This document shows, one piece after another, positions 10,216-20,234 of a stretch of 64,000 nucleotides of DNA. A program made the position numbers and the translations under genes. The notes below the pieces were generated by a model. That model had not been told where the DNA came from. It made no database searches and worked only from the letters and a program-made list of their open reading frames with translations. This DNA comes from Candidatus Multivoradales bacterium (GTDB taxonomy: Bacteria; Acidobacteriota; Thermoanaerobaculia; Multivoradales; J023): assembly GCA_965248925.1 (NCBI GenBank), contig CBDFLE010000005.1, positions 256,001 to 320,000 on the forward strand, read 5' to 3'. Every line of letters starts with the position of its first letter. Position 1 is the stretch's first letter.

Positions 10216-10893
10216 TCAGGGCGCCAAGCGCTCGATGCTCCAACCGGTGCCTCGGCCCGCCGCCGAATAGCGAAAGCGGTCGTGGAGCCGGTTGCTGCGG
10301 CCCTGCCAGAACTCCACCTCGTCCGGCACCAGCAGGTAGCCGCCCCAGAAGGGAGGAGGGGCGATGGGCCGGTCGGCGAATCTCTCCTCGACCTCGGCAA
10401 TCTGTACTTCCAGCCGTTGCCGATTGTCGATCGGCCGACTCTGTGCCGAACTCCAGGCGCCAATCCTACTGCCTCGCGGTCGACTGCCGAAGTACTCCTC
10501 AGTTTGGCGGCGCGAGACCTTACGGACTTTGCCGGCGAGCCTTACCTGGCGCGACAGGGGTTGCCAGAAAAAGCACACTGCGGCGTTGGGATTGGCCGCC
10601 AACTCCGCGCCCTTGCGACTCTCGTAGTTGGTGTAGAACACCAATCCCCGCTCCTCGAGTCCCTTGAGCAGGACTACCCGCGCGGAGGGACGCCCGCTGC
10701 CATCGACGGTGGCCAAGACCATCGCCGTTGGTTCGGGTGCCGCGGCGGCGATGGCCTGTTCCAGCCATTTGCCGAGCAAAGTTAAAGGTTCAGCTTCGAG
10801 GTCCTTGCGGAGCAGCGGTTGACCCCGGTAGTCATCGCGTAAAGCGGCGAGATCCACCGCGGTGAGGGTTGGCGGTTGTTTCGCATCAGGCAT
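10216..10893 (-). CDS. pdxH: Pyridoxamine 5'-phosphate oxidase
   Basis: PSARVVLLK, FYTNYESRKG, EFWQGRSNRLHDR, WSIERLAP. Confidence 0.96.
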   Translation of the reverse strand: MPDAKQPPTLTAVDLAALRDDYRGQPLLRKDLEAEPLTLLGKWLEQAIAAAAPEPTAMVLATVDGSGRPSARVVLLKGLEERGLVFYTNYESRKGAELAANPNAAVCFFWQPLSRQVRLAGKVRKVSRRQTEEYFGSRPRGSRIGAWSSAQSRPIDNRQRLEVQIAEVEERFADRPIAPPPFWGGYLLVPDEVEFWQGRSNRLHDRFRYSAAGRGTGWSIERLAP

Positions 10894-11854
10894 CGCTGGT
10901 TGCTCCTTGCGGCTCCATGGCGTCTCGGGCAACCCCCGCCGCGGGTGGGGTGTACCAGCAGGCATCGGCGAGCAACACCAGCGCGATCCACACCAGGTCG
11001 GCTAGCAGCAGATGGACCAACTGCATCCACACTGGAGCGAGCAGAAGGATATTGACCGCACCGACCAGCAGCTGGGTGATCACCAGCAGGCTGAGTTGGG
11101 TTGCCCTTCGCTTGACCGCTCGGTCGCGGCGGTGGAATCGACGCGCCCGGCCTGCCAGGTGGATCAGCAGCAAAGCCACGGCGACGGCCATCAGCGGATG
11201 AAGTACGCGCAGCTGAATGAGCACGCTCGAAGTCGGCGACAGGTCCTGCCGAAGTGCTTCGGCCAACGAGCTAGCCGGGTGGAGAGTGTCGCCCAAGGCG
11301 GTGACCGCGCCACTGATACCGAGCAGAATGCTGGCGCCCAACGCACCGTACAACCCGCGGCGCAGGGGTCCGGGAGCGTCGCCGCGAGGGTATTCCTCAG
11401 CACTCCAATGGGCGGTCAAGGTCAGGGCGGCGAGCAGCAGGAAGGTGTTGGCCATATGGGTGGACATGAACAGGGCTCTGGCCACCGACTCATTCTCGGC
11501 CACCAGCTTGAAAAGTACCAACCCAGCGCCGATTGCGGCTTCGCTGAGCATCAAGGCCAGGGAAGCGGCCGCTGCCCGGCGAGTCCGGTGGCGGCGGGGG
11601 AAAAGGCGGCAAGCCAACACCAGCATCACCACCACCAGGATCAGAGCGATACCACTGGTCAGGCGGTGGGAGAATTCGATCAGGGTCTTGAGAGCGGGTG
11701 CGCGGGGCACCACTTGGCCATTGCACAGCGGCCAATTGTTGCCGCAACCGGCTCCCGAGCCAGTGGCGCGGACGAGAGCTCCCCAAACAATCACGCCGAG
11801 GTTGGCGAGCAGCACGGCCCAGGCGAAACGGCGAAAGCGTTGTCGTCGACTCAT
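10886..11854 (-). CDS. ctaA: Heme A synthase (COX15/CtaA family)
   Basis: GALVRATGSGAGCGNNWPLCNG, IEFSHRL, conserved TM His residues. Confidence 0.9.
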   Translation of the reverse strand: MSRRQRFRRFAWAVLLANLGVIVWGALVRATGSGAGCGNNWPLCNGQVVPRAPALKTLIEFSHRLTSGIALILVVVMLVLACRLFPRRHRTRRAAAASLALMLSEAAIGAGLVLFKLVAENESVARALFMSTHMANTFLLLAALTLTAHWSAEEYPRGDAPGPLRRGLYGALGASILLGISGAVTALGDTLHPASSLAEALRQDLSPTSSVLIQLRVLHPLMAVAVALLLIHLAGRARRFHRRDRAVKRRATQLSLLVITQLLVGAVNILLLAPVWMQLVHLLLADLVWIALVLLADACWYTPPAAGVARDAMEPQGATSDA

Positions 11855-11866
11855 CGCAGAGAGCTG

Positions 11867-13354
11867 CTAGCGCTCGACCCAATAGTTCGGCGCTTCTTTG
11901 GTGATCACCACATCGTGGGCGTGACTCTCTCTGAGGCCGGCGCCGGAGATGCGCACGAAGGTGGTCTTGGTGCGTAGCTCATGGATGTCAGCGGCACCGG
12001 ACAGGCCCATGCCGGAACGCAGGCCGCCGGTGAGCTGTTGGATGGTCTGATGCACGCTGCCCTTGAAAGGCACCATGCCTTCGATGCCCTCGGGAACCAT
12101 CTTTGACAGCGGCTGGCTGTCGTCTTGGAAATAGCGCTCGGCGCTGCCGCGGCGCATCGCCGACAGCGAGCCCATGCCGCGGTAGGCCTTGTAGGTGCGC
12201 CCCTGGTAGAGGATGGTCTCCCCAGGGCTCTCTTCGGTGCCTGCGAAGATCGAACCGATCATCACCGTGGAGGCCCCGGCGGCGATCGCCTTGGTCAGAT
12301 CGCCCGAGAATTTGATCCCGCCATCGGCGATCACCGGCACCCCGTGCTCGGCGGCGATGGCGGCGCAATCGTTGATCGCCGTCACCTGCGGCATGCCGGC
12401 GCCAGTGACGATGCGGGTGGTGCAGATGCTGCCCGGGCCGATGCCTACCTTGATGGCGTCGGCACCGCGCTCGATCAGATCGCGGGTGCCGGCAGCGGTA
12501 GCCACGTTGCCGACGATCAATGGCACCTCGGGCAGCCGATCGCGCAGGGTGGCAACGGCATCCAGCACGCCGTCGCTGTGGGCGTGGGAAGAATCGACCA
12601 CCAACAGGTCGGCCTTGGCGTCGAGCAAGGCGCTGGCACGCTGCAGATAGTCGCCGCCGGTGCCGATCGCGGCCCCCACTCGCAGGCGACCCAAGTGGTC
12701 CTTGCAGGCATGGGGATAGGTCGACATCTTTTGGATGTCCTTGACCGTGATCAGGCCGGTCAGATTGCCATCGTCGTCGACCACAAGCAGCTTCTCAATA
12801 CGGTGCTTGTGCAGTAGCGCTTTGGCTTCTTCGAGGGTTGTGCCCTGGGCGACGGTCACCAGATTCTTATGGGTCATCAAGTCGCTGATCGGGCGTTCGT
12901 GGTTAGCCTCAAAGCGTAGGTCGCGGTTGGTCAGGATGCCGACCAGGCGACCGTCGGAATCGGTCACCGGCAGACCGGAGATCTTATAGCGGGCCATCAC
13001 TTCCAGGGCCTCGCGGATCTTCTCCTGCGGCTGCATGGTCACCGGGTCGACGATCATACCCGCCTCGCTGCGTTTCACTTTGTCGACTTCACCGGCTTGG
13101 TCGTCGATGGATAGATTCTTGTGCACTATCCCGAGACCGCCTTCTTGGGCCAAAGCGATTGCCAGAGTGGACTCGGTGACGGTGTCCATCGCCGCGGAGA
13201 TCAAGGGAATGTTGAGTTCGATACCCCGGCACAGGCGGGTGCGCAAGTCGACGAGATTGGGATGCACCGCCGAGCGCCCTGGCTGGAGCAGCACGTCGTC
13301 GAAAGTCAGTGCGAGACGGGAGGCAACGGCAGATGATGAATTCTCGGAAGACAT
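11867..13354 (-). CDS. guaB: IMP dehydrogenase
   Basis: [44 protein letters not shown] pair. Confidence 0.98.
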   Translation of the reverse strand: MSSENSSSAVASRLALTFDDVLLQPGRSAVHPNLVDLRTRLCRGIELNIPLISAAMDTVTESTLAIALAQEGGLGIVHKNLSIDDQAGEVDKVKRSEAGMIVDPVTMQPQEKIREALEVMARYKISGLPVTDSDGRLVGILTNRDLRFEANHERPISDLMTHKNLVTVAQGTTLEEAKALLHKHRIEKLLVVDDDGNLTGLITVKDIQKMSTYPHACKDHLGRLRVGAAIGTGGDYLQRASALLDAKADLLVVDSSHAHSDGVLDAVATLRDRLPEVPLIVGNVATAAGTRDLIERGADAIKVGIGPGSICTTRIVTGAGMPQVTAINDCAAIAAEHGVPVIADGGIKFSGDLTKAIAAGASTVMIGSIFAGTEESPGETILYQGRTYKAYRGMGSLSAMRRGSAERYFQDDSQPLSKMVPEGIEGMVPFKGSVHQTIQQLTGGLRSGMGLSGAADIHELRTKTTFVRISGAGLRESHAHDVVITKEAPNYWVER

Positions 13355-13525
13355 CGGCACGGTACTCCGCAATGTTCTGGGGGCCAGTAGGTGGTTCGAC
13401 TGGGGCTATTCGTCGGGCTATCTGTCGGCACCTAGCGGTCGGGCGCCAACAGTGGGCAGGGTACCATGTCTGTTTTGGTCGGCAGCTATTCAAACCCATT
13501 TTCACCCCTCGGCGTCTCAAGGTAG

Positions 13526-14104
13526 ATGATGAGCACCTGCTACGATCTCGCGGTCGCAAACCCCCGTCCGGAGTCAACCTCGTTGTCCGATCTACAACAG
13601 CTGGTGGAACGTGCCCAGGCTGGTGAGCGTGGCGCTTTTGACCAACTCTATGAGCGCCATGTCGGCCGGATTTTCGCCCTCTGCCTGCGCATGTCGGGCA
13701 ATCGCGACGACGCCACCGAGCTTACCCAGCAGGCTTTCGTGCGCGCCTGGGACAAGCTCGGTAGTTTTGGCGGCCACAGCGCCTTTGGCTCTTGGCTGCA
13801 TCGGCTGGCGGTCAATGTAGTGCTCGGCGAGTGGCGGCGGCGGGGGCGGCAGCGAGATCGGCTGAAGGCTTTTGCCGACCGGTTGACGGAAGATGCCGGC
13901 ACAGTGCGGGAGAAACCACGTCTAACCGTCGATCTCGAACGGGCCATTCGGCGATTGCCCAAAGGTGCGCGAACGGTATTCGTACTGCACGACGTTGAGG
14001 GCTATCGCCACCGCGAGGTTGCTGAGCTCACCGGCTTGGCGATCGGCACTTCGAAAGCGCAGTTGCACCGTGCCCGGCGCCTACTGCGGGAGATTTTGCG
14101 ATGA
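13526..14104 (+). CDS. ECF RNA polymerase sigma factor
   Basis: AFDQLYERH, ELTQQAFVRAW, FGSWLHRLAVN, GTSKAQLHRAR. Confidence 0.93.
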   Translation: MMSTCYDLAVANPRPESTSLSDLQQLVERAQAGERGAFDQLYERHVGRIFALCLRMSGNRDDATELTQQAFVRAWDKLGSFGGHSAFGSWLHRLAVNVVLGEWRRRGRQRDRLKAFADRLTEDAGTVREKPRLTVDLERAIRRLPKGARTVFVLHDVEGYRHREVAELTGLAIGTSKAQLHRARRLLREILR

Positions 14105-14784
14105 ATCACCCAAGCGAACCCCAGAACCATGGCTGCCAGTTCTGCGAGGCGTTGATCGATGACTACGTCGACGGCGAGCTCGACGGTGGCCGCATTGCCA
14201 AAATCGAAAAACATCTGAGCCAGTGCGCCGCTTGCCGCAGCTTGCTGGACCAAACTCGCCGCCTGCTCGAAGCGGCGGCGTCCCTACCGCGCAGTCTGCC
14301 GCCACCGGCCGATCTACTGCCAGAGATCCATCGCCAGATGGCGGCCCTGGCAGCGCCGCGCCGCAACTTGGCGAGTTGGACCTGGCAAGCGCTGGCGGCA
14401 ATTCTGCTGATCGGCTTCGGTGCCTTCCTGGCGCGGGTTTTCTGGTTGCCTGTAGCCAGCCACGACAGTCTTGAAAGACTTGAAGAATCGCTGGCCTTTG
14501 CCGATAGCGGTCCCACTAGTACTTTCGTTAGCGCCGAGGCGCAGCTGGTGGGAGCGCAGCAGAACCTGCGTCGGCTGATCGACCTTCGGCGCAAGGATCT
14601 GTCGCCAAAAACCCTGCGCGTGGTGGAGCGCAATCTAAGAATTATCGATGAAGCCACCGCCGAACTCCATCGGGCGCTGGAGTTGGAACCCGGCAATCCG
14701 CAAATCGAGGCGCGCTTGTTGGCTCAGCATCAAATGCAGATCTCGCTGTTGCGGCGCTTGACTTCGCCCCGGGAGTTGTCGTGA
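14101..14784 (+). CDS. Zn-finger (zf-HC2) anti-sigma factor
   Basis: HLSQCAAC ZAS motif, single TM, translationally coupled to the ECF gene. Confidence 0.88.
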   Translation: MNHPSEPQNHGCQFCEALIDDYVDGELDGGRIAKIEKHLSQCAACRSLLDQTRRLLEAAASLPRSLPPPADLLPEIHRQMAALAAPRRNLASWTWQALAAILLIGFGAFLARVFWLPVASHDSLERLEESLAFADSGPTSTFVSAEAQLVGAQQNLRRLIDLRRKDLSPKTLRVVERNLRIIDEATAELHRALELEPGNPQIEARLLAQHQMQISLLRRLTSPRELS

Positions 14785-15683
14785 GGGGCGTCCGCCGCGC
14801 CGGCAAGGTGTTGACCACCTCGTTGATTGGTTGGCTGCTGTGGGTGACGCCAATCTTGGCTGCGTCGGAGGTCCGTCGCGTCGACCGTAGTCTCGCCGCC
14901 GTGGTGGGCGGCACCGTGGAGGTGGAAGTAATCGCTGGCAAGATCGAGGTGGATTGCTGGCAGCAATCCGAGGTCCGCTTGCAGGGCACTCTCGATCAGC
15001 GGGCCAAGCTGACCTTCGAGCGGCGTGGTGAGCGGGTTTTGGTACGGGTCGAACCGCCTGCGGACGGCAAGAGCCCAGCGGCCGACCTGCGGTTGCAAAC
15101 TCCTTGCGGGGGTTTGCTTCTCGTTACTACCATCAGCGCCGATATATCGGTCGCCGGCGATCGCGAAGAAGTTGAAATCTCGACTGTCAGCGGCGATCTT
15201 GAGCTGCGCTTGGCGGCCCCCACCATCACTCTGCAGACGGTGACCGGCAGAATTGACTTTCGCGGCCGGGCCAGCACTCTGCAAGCCGAGGTGGTCAGTG
15301 GGTCACTGGAGATTGCGGGCGAGGTCGAGGAGATCGAGGCCAACGCCATCAGTGGCCGAATCCTCATAGAAGTCGCCGGGCTGCGGAGCATGCACGGCAG
15401 CAGTGTTTCGGGATCGATCGCGCTGAGCGCGGTGCTGCGGGCCAGTGCCGAAGTCGAACTCGAAAGCCACAGCGGCTCGATCGAGGCGCGTCTGCCGCGA
15501 TCTACTTCGGCCCTGCTGTCGGCACGCACTTGGAGCGGCCCGATAGACAACCGCCTGGACCCCGACATCCGAACGAACCCCAGTGGTCACGGCGGCGAGA
15601 GCTTGGAGCTGCATCTTGGCGCGGGGGAGGCTAGCATCGACCTTGAGACCTTCAGCGGCGAGATCCGCCTGCGCCGCCGCTAA
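14781..15683 (+). CDS. DUF4097 beta-strand-repeat secreted protein
   Basis: Signal peptide and repeated (S/T)VSGxI motifs; typical third gene of ECF/anti-sigma operons. Confidence 0.8.
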   Translation: MRGVRRAGKVLTTSLIGWLLWVTPILAASEVRRVDRSLAAVVGGTVEVEVIAGKIEVDCWQQSEVRLQGTLDQRAKLTFERRGERVLVRVEPPADGKSPAADLRLQTPCGGLLLVTTISADISVAGDREEVEISTVSGDLELRLAAPTITLQTVTGRIDFRGRASTLQAEVVSGSLEIAGEVEEIEANAISGRILIEVAGLRSMHGSSVSGSIALSAVLRASAEVELESHSGSIEARLPRSTSALLSARTWSGPIDNRLDPDIRTNPSGHGGESLELHLGAGEASIDLETFSGEIRLRRR

Positions 15684-15704
15684 ATCAACCAGCTCAGCGT
15701 TCGC

Positions 15705-15742
15705 GGATCAGGGCCGTAGGCGGAGCTTGGGCGACCGGCGGC
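15705..15742. repeat. 38-bp direct repeat, left island boundary (att-like)
   Basis: GGATCAGGGCCGTAGGCGGAGCTTGGGCGACCGGCGGC, 37/38 identical to 53792-53829. Confidence 0.9.
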
Positions 15743-15893
15743 TGCGGAATCAGGTGCCAGCCTCTTGGCTTCCTTCGCTTCGTCGGGAGAAGTGACGAGC
15801 ACCACATCCGCTGCCAGCGCCAGCTGGGCTCTGCTTCCCTCGTAGCGTCCGCGCAGGGTGCCGTCAGTACCCAGCAGAGGCCGGATATGCCAT

Positions 15894-16619
15894 CTAATAA
15901 GCCCTGCGCCGCTTCAGCGAGACCCAGCGCCCAGTCTTGCCGAGAATGATGTGATCGACCAAGGTTATTCCCAATAGCTCACCTCCCCTGGCCAACTCGT
16001 GAGTGAACAGCAGATCGTGATCGCTGGGCGAAAGGTCGCCGCTGGGGTGGGTGTGATACGCGATCAAGGAGGCGGCATTGTGCTGTATCGCGGCACGCAG
16101 GATCGGCCCCGGCGCGGCGGCTGTTTGGCGCGCTGTGCCGCGAAAGATCTCGCACTTGGCGATCAGTCTGTGTCTCATATCGAGCAGTAGCACACCAAGA
16201 ACCTCTTGCTCGTAGTTGCTATCCAAGGCCAGGAACTCAGCGACTACCGCGGGCTGGTCGAGCAGCCGGCGATGGCTGATCTTGGCTGCCGCCAGCCGCC
16301 GCATCAGCTCTCCCGCCGCCATCAGAACAGCCGCTCGCCCCGCGCTGGCACCGCTGCGCACCAATGCCACTCGCTCGGCGCAGAACAGCTCCCAGAGCCC
16401 GCCAATGGTTGGCAGCAGGCCAACTGCCACATCCTCCACCGAGGGGTAACGCAGCAGCACCGCTATTAGCTCGGTATCCGTCAACCCAGCCGCCCCGTGC
16501 CGCAGCAGCCGATCCTTGGGCTTCAATCCACTCGTCGACCGCTGAGCGGACTGGTCAGCTGCGGCGCCGGCCATCCCGCCCGTGCTCATGGCACAAGGAA
16601 ATATTGCCAAGCCGTTCAA
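15894..16619 (-). CDS. radC: RadC family JAB-domain protein
   Basis: KPKDRLL..GA..LTDTELIAVLL, QEVL, HTHPSGDLSPSDHD, LVDHIILG. Confidence 0.9.
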   Translation of the reverse strand: MNGLAIFPCAMSTGGMAGAAADQSAQRSTSGLKPKDRLLRHGAAGLTDTELIAVLLRYPSVEDVAVGLLPTIGGLWELFCAERVALVRSGASAGRAAVLMAAGELMRRLAAAKISHRRLLDQPAVVAEFLALDSNYEQEVLGVLLLDMRHRLIAKCEIFRGTARQTAAAPGPILRAAIQHNAASLIAYHTHPSGDLSPSDHDLLFTHELARGGELLGITLVDHIILGKTGRWVSLKRRRAY

Positions 16620-16927
16620 GGCGTCTCCTCGGACCGCGTGCCCTGGTCGGACAAGGCGGCCAGGCTTTCGACCCCTCGGGCCAGTAACAGATGGCCTTCC
16701 CTGAGCTTCTCGCGAGTTGCCGGCAGAATCAGGGTGAGACTAAGGCCGCGCAGGTTGACATCGAGGTCGACGCTCAAGTTCCGCGCCATCTTCAGCATTG
16801 TCTTCAAGAAATCCTGCGCTGCCTGCTGATCGTCAAATTGCAGTGAGCAAACAAACGTTGCTGAGTCGCCCTCCTGCCGCCAATGAGAAAGATCTTTCAT
16901 GCCGAGTTGAATGCGCTCTGGTTTCAT
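16616..16927 (-). CDS. Small protein with pterin-4a-carbinolamine-dehydratase-like pattern (MKPERIQ...)
   Basis: AGGA RBS 7 nt before ATG 16927; W..F.D...A..F..(beta)..L.....LA pattern resembles PCD/DCoH. In frame with the upstream ORF. Confidence 0.5.
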   Translation of the reverse strand: MKPERIQLGMKDLSHWRQEGDSATFVCSLQFDDQQAAQDFLKTMLKMARNLSVDLDVNLRGLSLTLILPATREKLREGHLLLARGVESLAALSDQGTRSEETP

Positions 16928-17608
16928 TGTTGAGTCCTGCCTACAAGCGGTTGAAAAAGGACCCGGTTCGGGGGCCATGGTAGCAACCCCCGAACCGGGT
17001 TTGAAGGGCGCAGCGCCGCGGGGTGCGGCGCAATCGCCAAGGCTCGCAACGCCTGTGCAGTCGCTCAGGGCGCTGGTTGAAATGGGTTCTTGGGGTGCGC
17101 GGGCAAAGAGCAGCAACTCGGTAATCAGATCCCGCACGCTGACCAGTAGTTCGGCGGGCGCTGAGCCGTCGCAAGCATTCAGCATCAGCCGCCAGGTTTT
17201 GATCAGCTGGGCGACGGCACCGAGGGAGGTTTGCCGCCGCAGGTCGTGCTCACGGGTCACCAACCACACTTCCGGTCCGGTCTTACGGTGCCAGTTGGGC
17301 AGACATTGGCTATCGGCGGCGTGGGTATCCCACTGCTCCCACAAATCCGCATCCGACGCGGCCATGTAGCCCAGCAGGGCATCGCTGTCTTGGCGTAGAT
17401 CGGCGATCAGGTTGCCCCATCTGCCCAGTGGGTAGAACTGCGGCGCCGGGTCTTCGTCGCCTTGCCAGCGGGCACCGGCTGGGATCGGCGCCAGCAGGGC
17501 GCTGGGCCAGGATTCCATCAATGCCCGTTCGGCGAGGATCTGGTGCTCGGCGGCCAGCAGGCCGGCGCGGCGCAGATCCGCCAGTTGAATGGGGGATTGG
17601 TGGATCAC
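16928..17608 (-). CDS. Hypothetical protein (upstream part of the 330-aa ORF; no stop before the PCD-like gene)
   Basis: Overlaps the stop of the upstream gene; no recognisable motif. Confidence 0.45.
16961..17000 (-). terminator. Perfect 14-bp hairpin followed by CCTTTTT on the minus strand (terminator/attenuator-like)
   Basis: ACCCGGTTCGGGGG-12 nt loop-CCCCCGAACCGGGT. Confidence 0.6.
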
Positions 17609-17964
17609 GACGATTCTCCATCGCCGCCCGGCGGAACGGCTGCTGCCGCCTGGCTGGCCGGTCCCCGGCCATGGATAGTATTCCCCCCGGTCTTCCGCGC
17701 CGAGTCGCGCAGTAGCTCGGCCACGGCGTCGAGCACGGCCATGGAATACCCCAGAACCTGGAACTGAGCAGCGACTCTGGGAGTGCCGTCGGAGTTGGTG
17801 GCTTCGCCATCTAGTAGTTGGCGGTTGTTCTTCAAAGCGGAGCCGAGCAATTTGCCGAGTCGCTGGTGTTCTTTCTTGACCCTGAAACTAGCTTCTAGCA
17901 GGTCGCGCCAGAAGGTGTCTTCGAAGGATGGGGCATCGCGCTCGGGTTTTGTTTCGTCGGACAT
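17605..17964 (-). CDS. Hypothetical helical protein (MSDETKPERD...)
   Basis: Strong RBS AGGAGG before ATG 17964; first gene of the divergent operon. Confidence 0.6.
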   Translation of the reverse strand: MSDETKPERDAPSFEDTFWRDLLEASFRVKKEHQRLGKLLGSALKNNRQLLDGEATNSDGTPRVAAQFQVLGYSMAVLDAVAELLRDSARKTGGNTIHGRGPASQAAAAVPPGGDGESS

Positions 17965-18114
17965 GGTGGCCTCCTCTTGACCTGCGTTGTGGTCGGAAGC
18001 TTCGGCGAATCGTGAGAACAGAGGCAAGAGGAACGGTCTAAGTCGCGATTCTGGCCAAGAAAAGGAGCTGCGAACGCCATCAGCAGGGGCGATATCGACC
18101 CATTCGGCCAACCG

Positions 18115-19671
18115 TTGGCCGGGCGAACGGTGATGGTGGTGAGAGAAGAATCGAACGTCTATACTTCTGCACGTTCTGAAATAACCGGGGAGGAAGAAAC
18201 CGTGAGGCAGAAGAATTCCACTTCTGAGCTTATTTACCGCCAGCTAGAGCGGGTCCTGAAGAGAAATCGTGGCCGCGTCCAACAAGTACAGACGAAGCTC
18301 AAGATGGGCGAGGGCGGGCGACTCACCAGGATGATGAAGAGCAAGCGAGGCATGCCCCTCGATACTCTAGGAGAGGTACTCATCGAATTTGGCGAGCTGC
18401 CGGAGGACTTTTTCCGCGAGGCCTTTGGCCTGCAACGACCGCCACCGCCAGAGCCGCCCGCCGTCGGTTCTGGCCGCTGGCTACTCGAAGTCTTGCATCT
18501 GGACCAACAGCAGGAGCCGCCATTAATCCAACAGCTGCGCGAGGTTGCTGAGAGCTTGCCCAGCACGGAACCGAAGGACTCGCCGCCAGCCAGTCCCGCG
18601 GTTAGCCGGATCACGCGCGAGATGCTATTCGCCGAGATGTCGACTGGCTCGCTCGCACAGCGTTACGGGTACCTCGAACACGATTTTTGCCAACGCAGCA
18701 ATTTTGTCCACCTGGCGGCCGAGGTGCTGGATGATTTGCGCTACTCCAAGCCCCAAGACGCCGCCTCTCTGGCACACAATATGGCGGTATCCGTTTGCCC
18801 AGAGCTGCTCGCCACTGAAGCCGGCGATGCCTTTGCCAGTAGTACCGGCGTCTTCGCTTCCGCCCGGCGGCTCGCTGGCTCGATAGAGACAGCAGCTCAC
18901 GCGCTGGCGTTGGTCTGTGACACTGCCTCGCCAGCTGTGCGCGGCGACCTTTTGCAGCGGATGTCAACCCTACTCCAGTCGTACGCTCGATATCCTGAAA
19001 CTCTGAGTGTCAACGCCGAAGCGCTGCGTATCTTCCAAGAACAAGCAACTCCCCACAAGCTAGGTCAGGCCTACATTGATCGGGGTGTCGCCTTGGTGCT
19101 GGCAGAAGATCTGGAGAAGGCCCGGTCGAACTTCCAAACGGGGGTAGCGCTGCTTTGCCCCTCCGACCATCGCAATCACGCTGCCGCTCGGCAGGGGTTC
19201 GCACATGTGGCGCTATCTCAAGAACGCCCTGTGGAAGCGCTGGAGTATCTCGCCGAGGCTGAGACGTTCATAGCCGCCAGCGACCTCTACAGTCATGGCA
19301 CCATGAGCTGGTTTCGTGGCGCGATCCAGCACAAGCTGGGCAATCTTGTCTCAGCTGAGGCCCTCTTACGTGAGGCGCAGGAGCTACTCTGGCCGCTCAA
19401 CGTCTTCGACTGGTCACTGGTAACCCTCGACCTGCTATCCGTATTGCTGGAGCGCGGCCAGGTAGCGGCCGCCCACGAGGCTGCAAATCATGTAGGTCGC
19501 CTGCTGGAGCCACGCACGAGCAACCGCATAGCCGCCGCGGCATTGCACCAGCTGAGCATCGTCCAGCACTCCGCCGAGGGCCTGACAATCGTAGCGATCG
19601 AAACCGCCCGGACCGGACTCCGGCGGGGCCAGCGTTTGGGTCTGACGCCCTGTGGAGCGCGGTCCGTTTGA
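18115..19671 (+). CDS. N-terminal XRE-like HTH + C-terminal TPR regulator
   Basis: HTH-like N-terminus (..LTRMMKSKRGMPLDTLGEVL...PEDFF) and helical TPR repeats (GQAYIDRGVAL, EALEYLAEAE). Start may be GTG 18202. Confidence 0.7.
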   Translation: MAGRTVMVVREESNVYTSARSEITGEEETVRQKNSTSELIYRQLERVLKRNRGRVQQVQTKLKMGEGGRLTRMMKSKRGMPLDTLGEVLIEFGELPEDFFREAFGLQRPPPPEPPAVGSGRWLLEVLHLDQQQEPPLIQQLREVAESLPSTEPKDSPPASPAVSRITREMLFAEMSTGSLAQRYGYLEHDFCQRSNFVHLAAEVLDDLRYSKPQDAASLAHNMAVSVCPELLATEAGDAFASSTGVFASARRLAGSIETAAHALALVCDTASPAVRGDLLQRMSTLLQSYARYPETLSVNAEALRIFQEQATPHKLGQAYIDRGVALVLAEDLEKARSNFQTGVALLCPSDHRNHAAARQGFAHVALSQERPVEALEYLAEAETFIAASDLYSHGTMSWFRGAIQHKLGNLVSAEALLREAQELLWPLNVFDWSLVTLDLLSVLLERGQVAAAHEAANHVGRLLEPRTSNRIAAAALHQLSIVQHSAEGLTIVAIETARTGLRRGQRLGLTPCGARSV

Positions 19672-20234
19672 GGCGTTAACCGTTCGGGTGAATGATCATG
19701 CCGTACGGCGACTGCCCATCCAAGAGGCCTGCTATCTCTGTGCCAGTAGCACTCATCGGGTACTCCTTCCCCCACCGGAGCGCCCGGCACTCCGAGAGGT
19801 GTTGGCCACCAGCGTAGAGATGCCGGCAGCGGGTTCTTGGGCGATCCTCCCGGACTTGTTGGAAGGGGGATCGTGACCTCAGCCTACGGCAGGGCGAAGG
19901 GTCAGCCAGCCGCTGTGCAGCCGCACATCCAGAGATCAGCCGCTGGCCGTGGTCAAACGCCAGCAAGCGGCGAACCGCGAGCGAGCAAGAGATGCAGCTA
20001 CTAGAAATGTTGATCACAGAAGCATCCTTAGAAAGTGTAATCTCTGTATTTAGTGTATTCTGAGAGAAATGCCCAACCATAGGATGAGCCCCTGGTTGCG
20101 AACCAGAGAGCCAGCGCAGTCGCCAATCGGCGAATCTTGAGAGGACAGGTATGGCAGAGAAAGGCACAGAAACTGAGAAGGGAAGCTAGTTAGAAATCTG
20201 AGAGTGGAGCCAAACCAGCAAGGGGAATATCCAG

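Noticed and set aside
19652-20005. Signalling-peptide gene for the HTH-TPR regulator
   Set aside because: The short ORFs here lack a hydrophobic signal sequence and a clear RBS.
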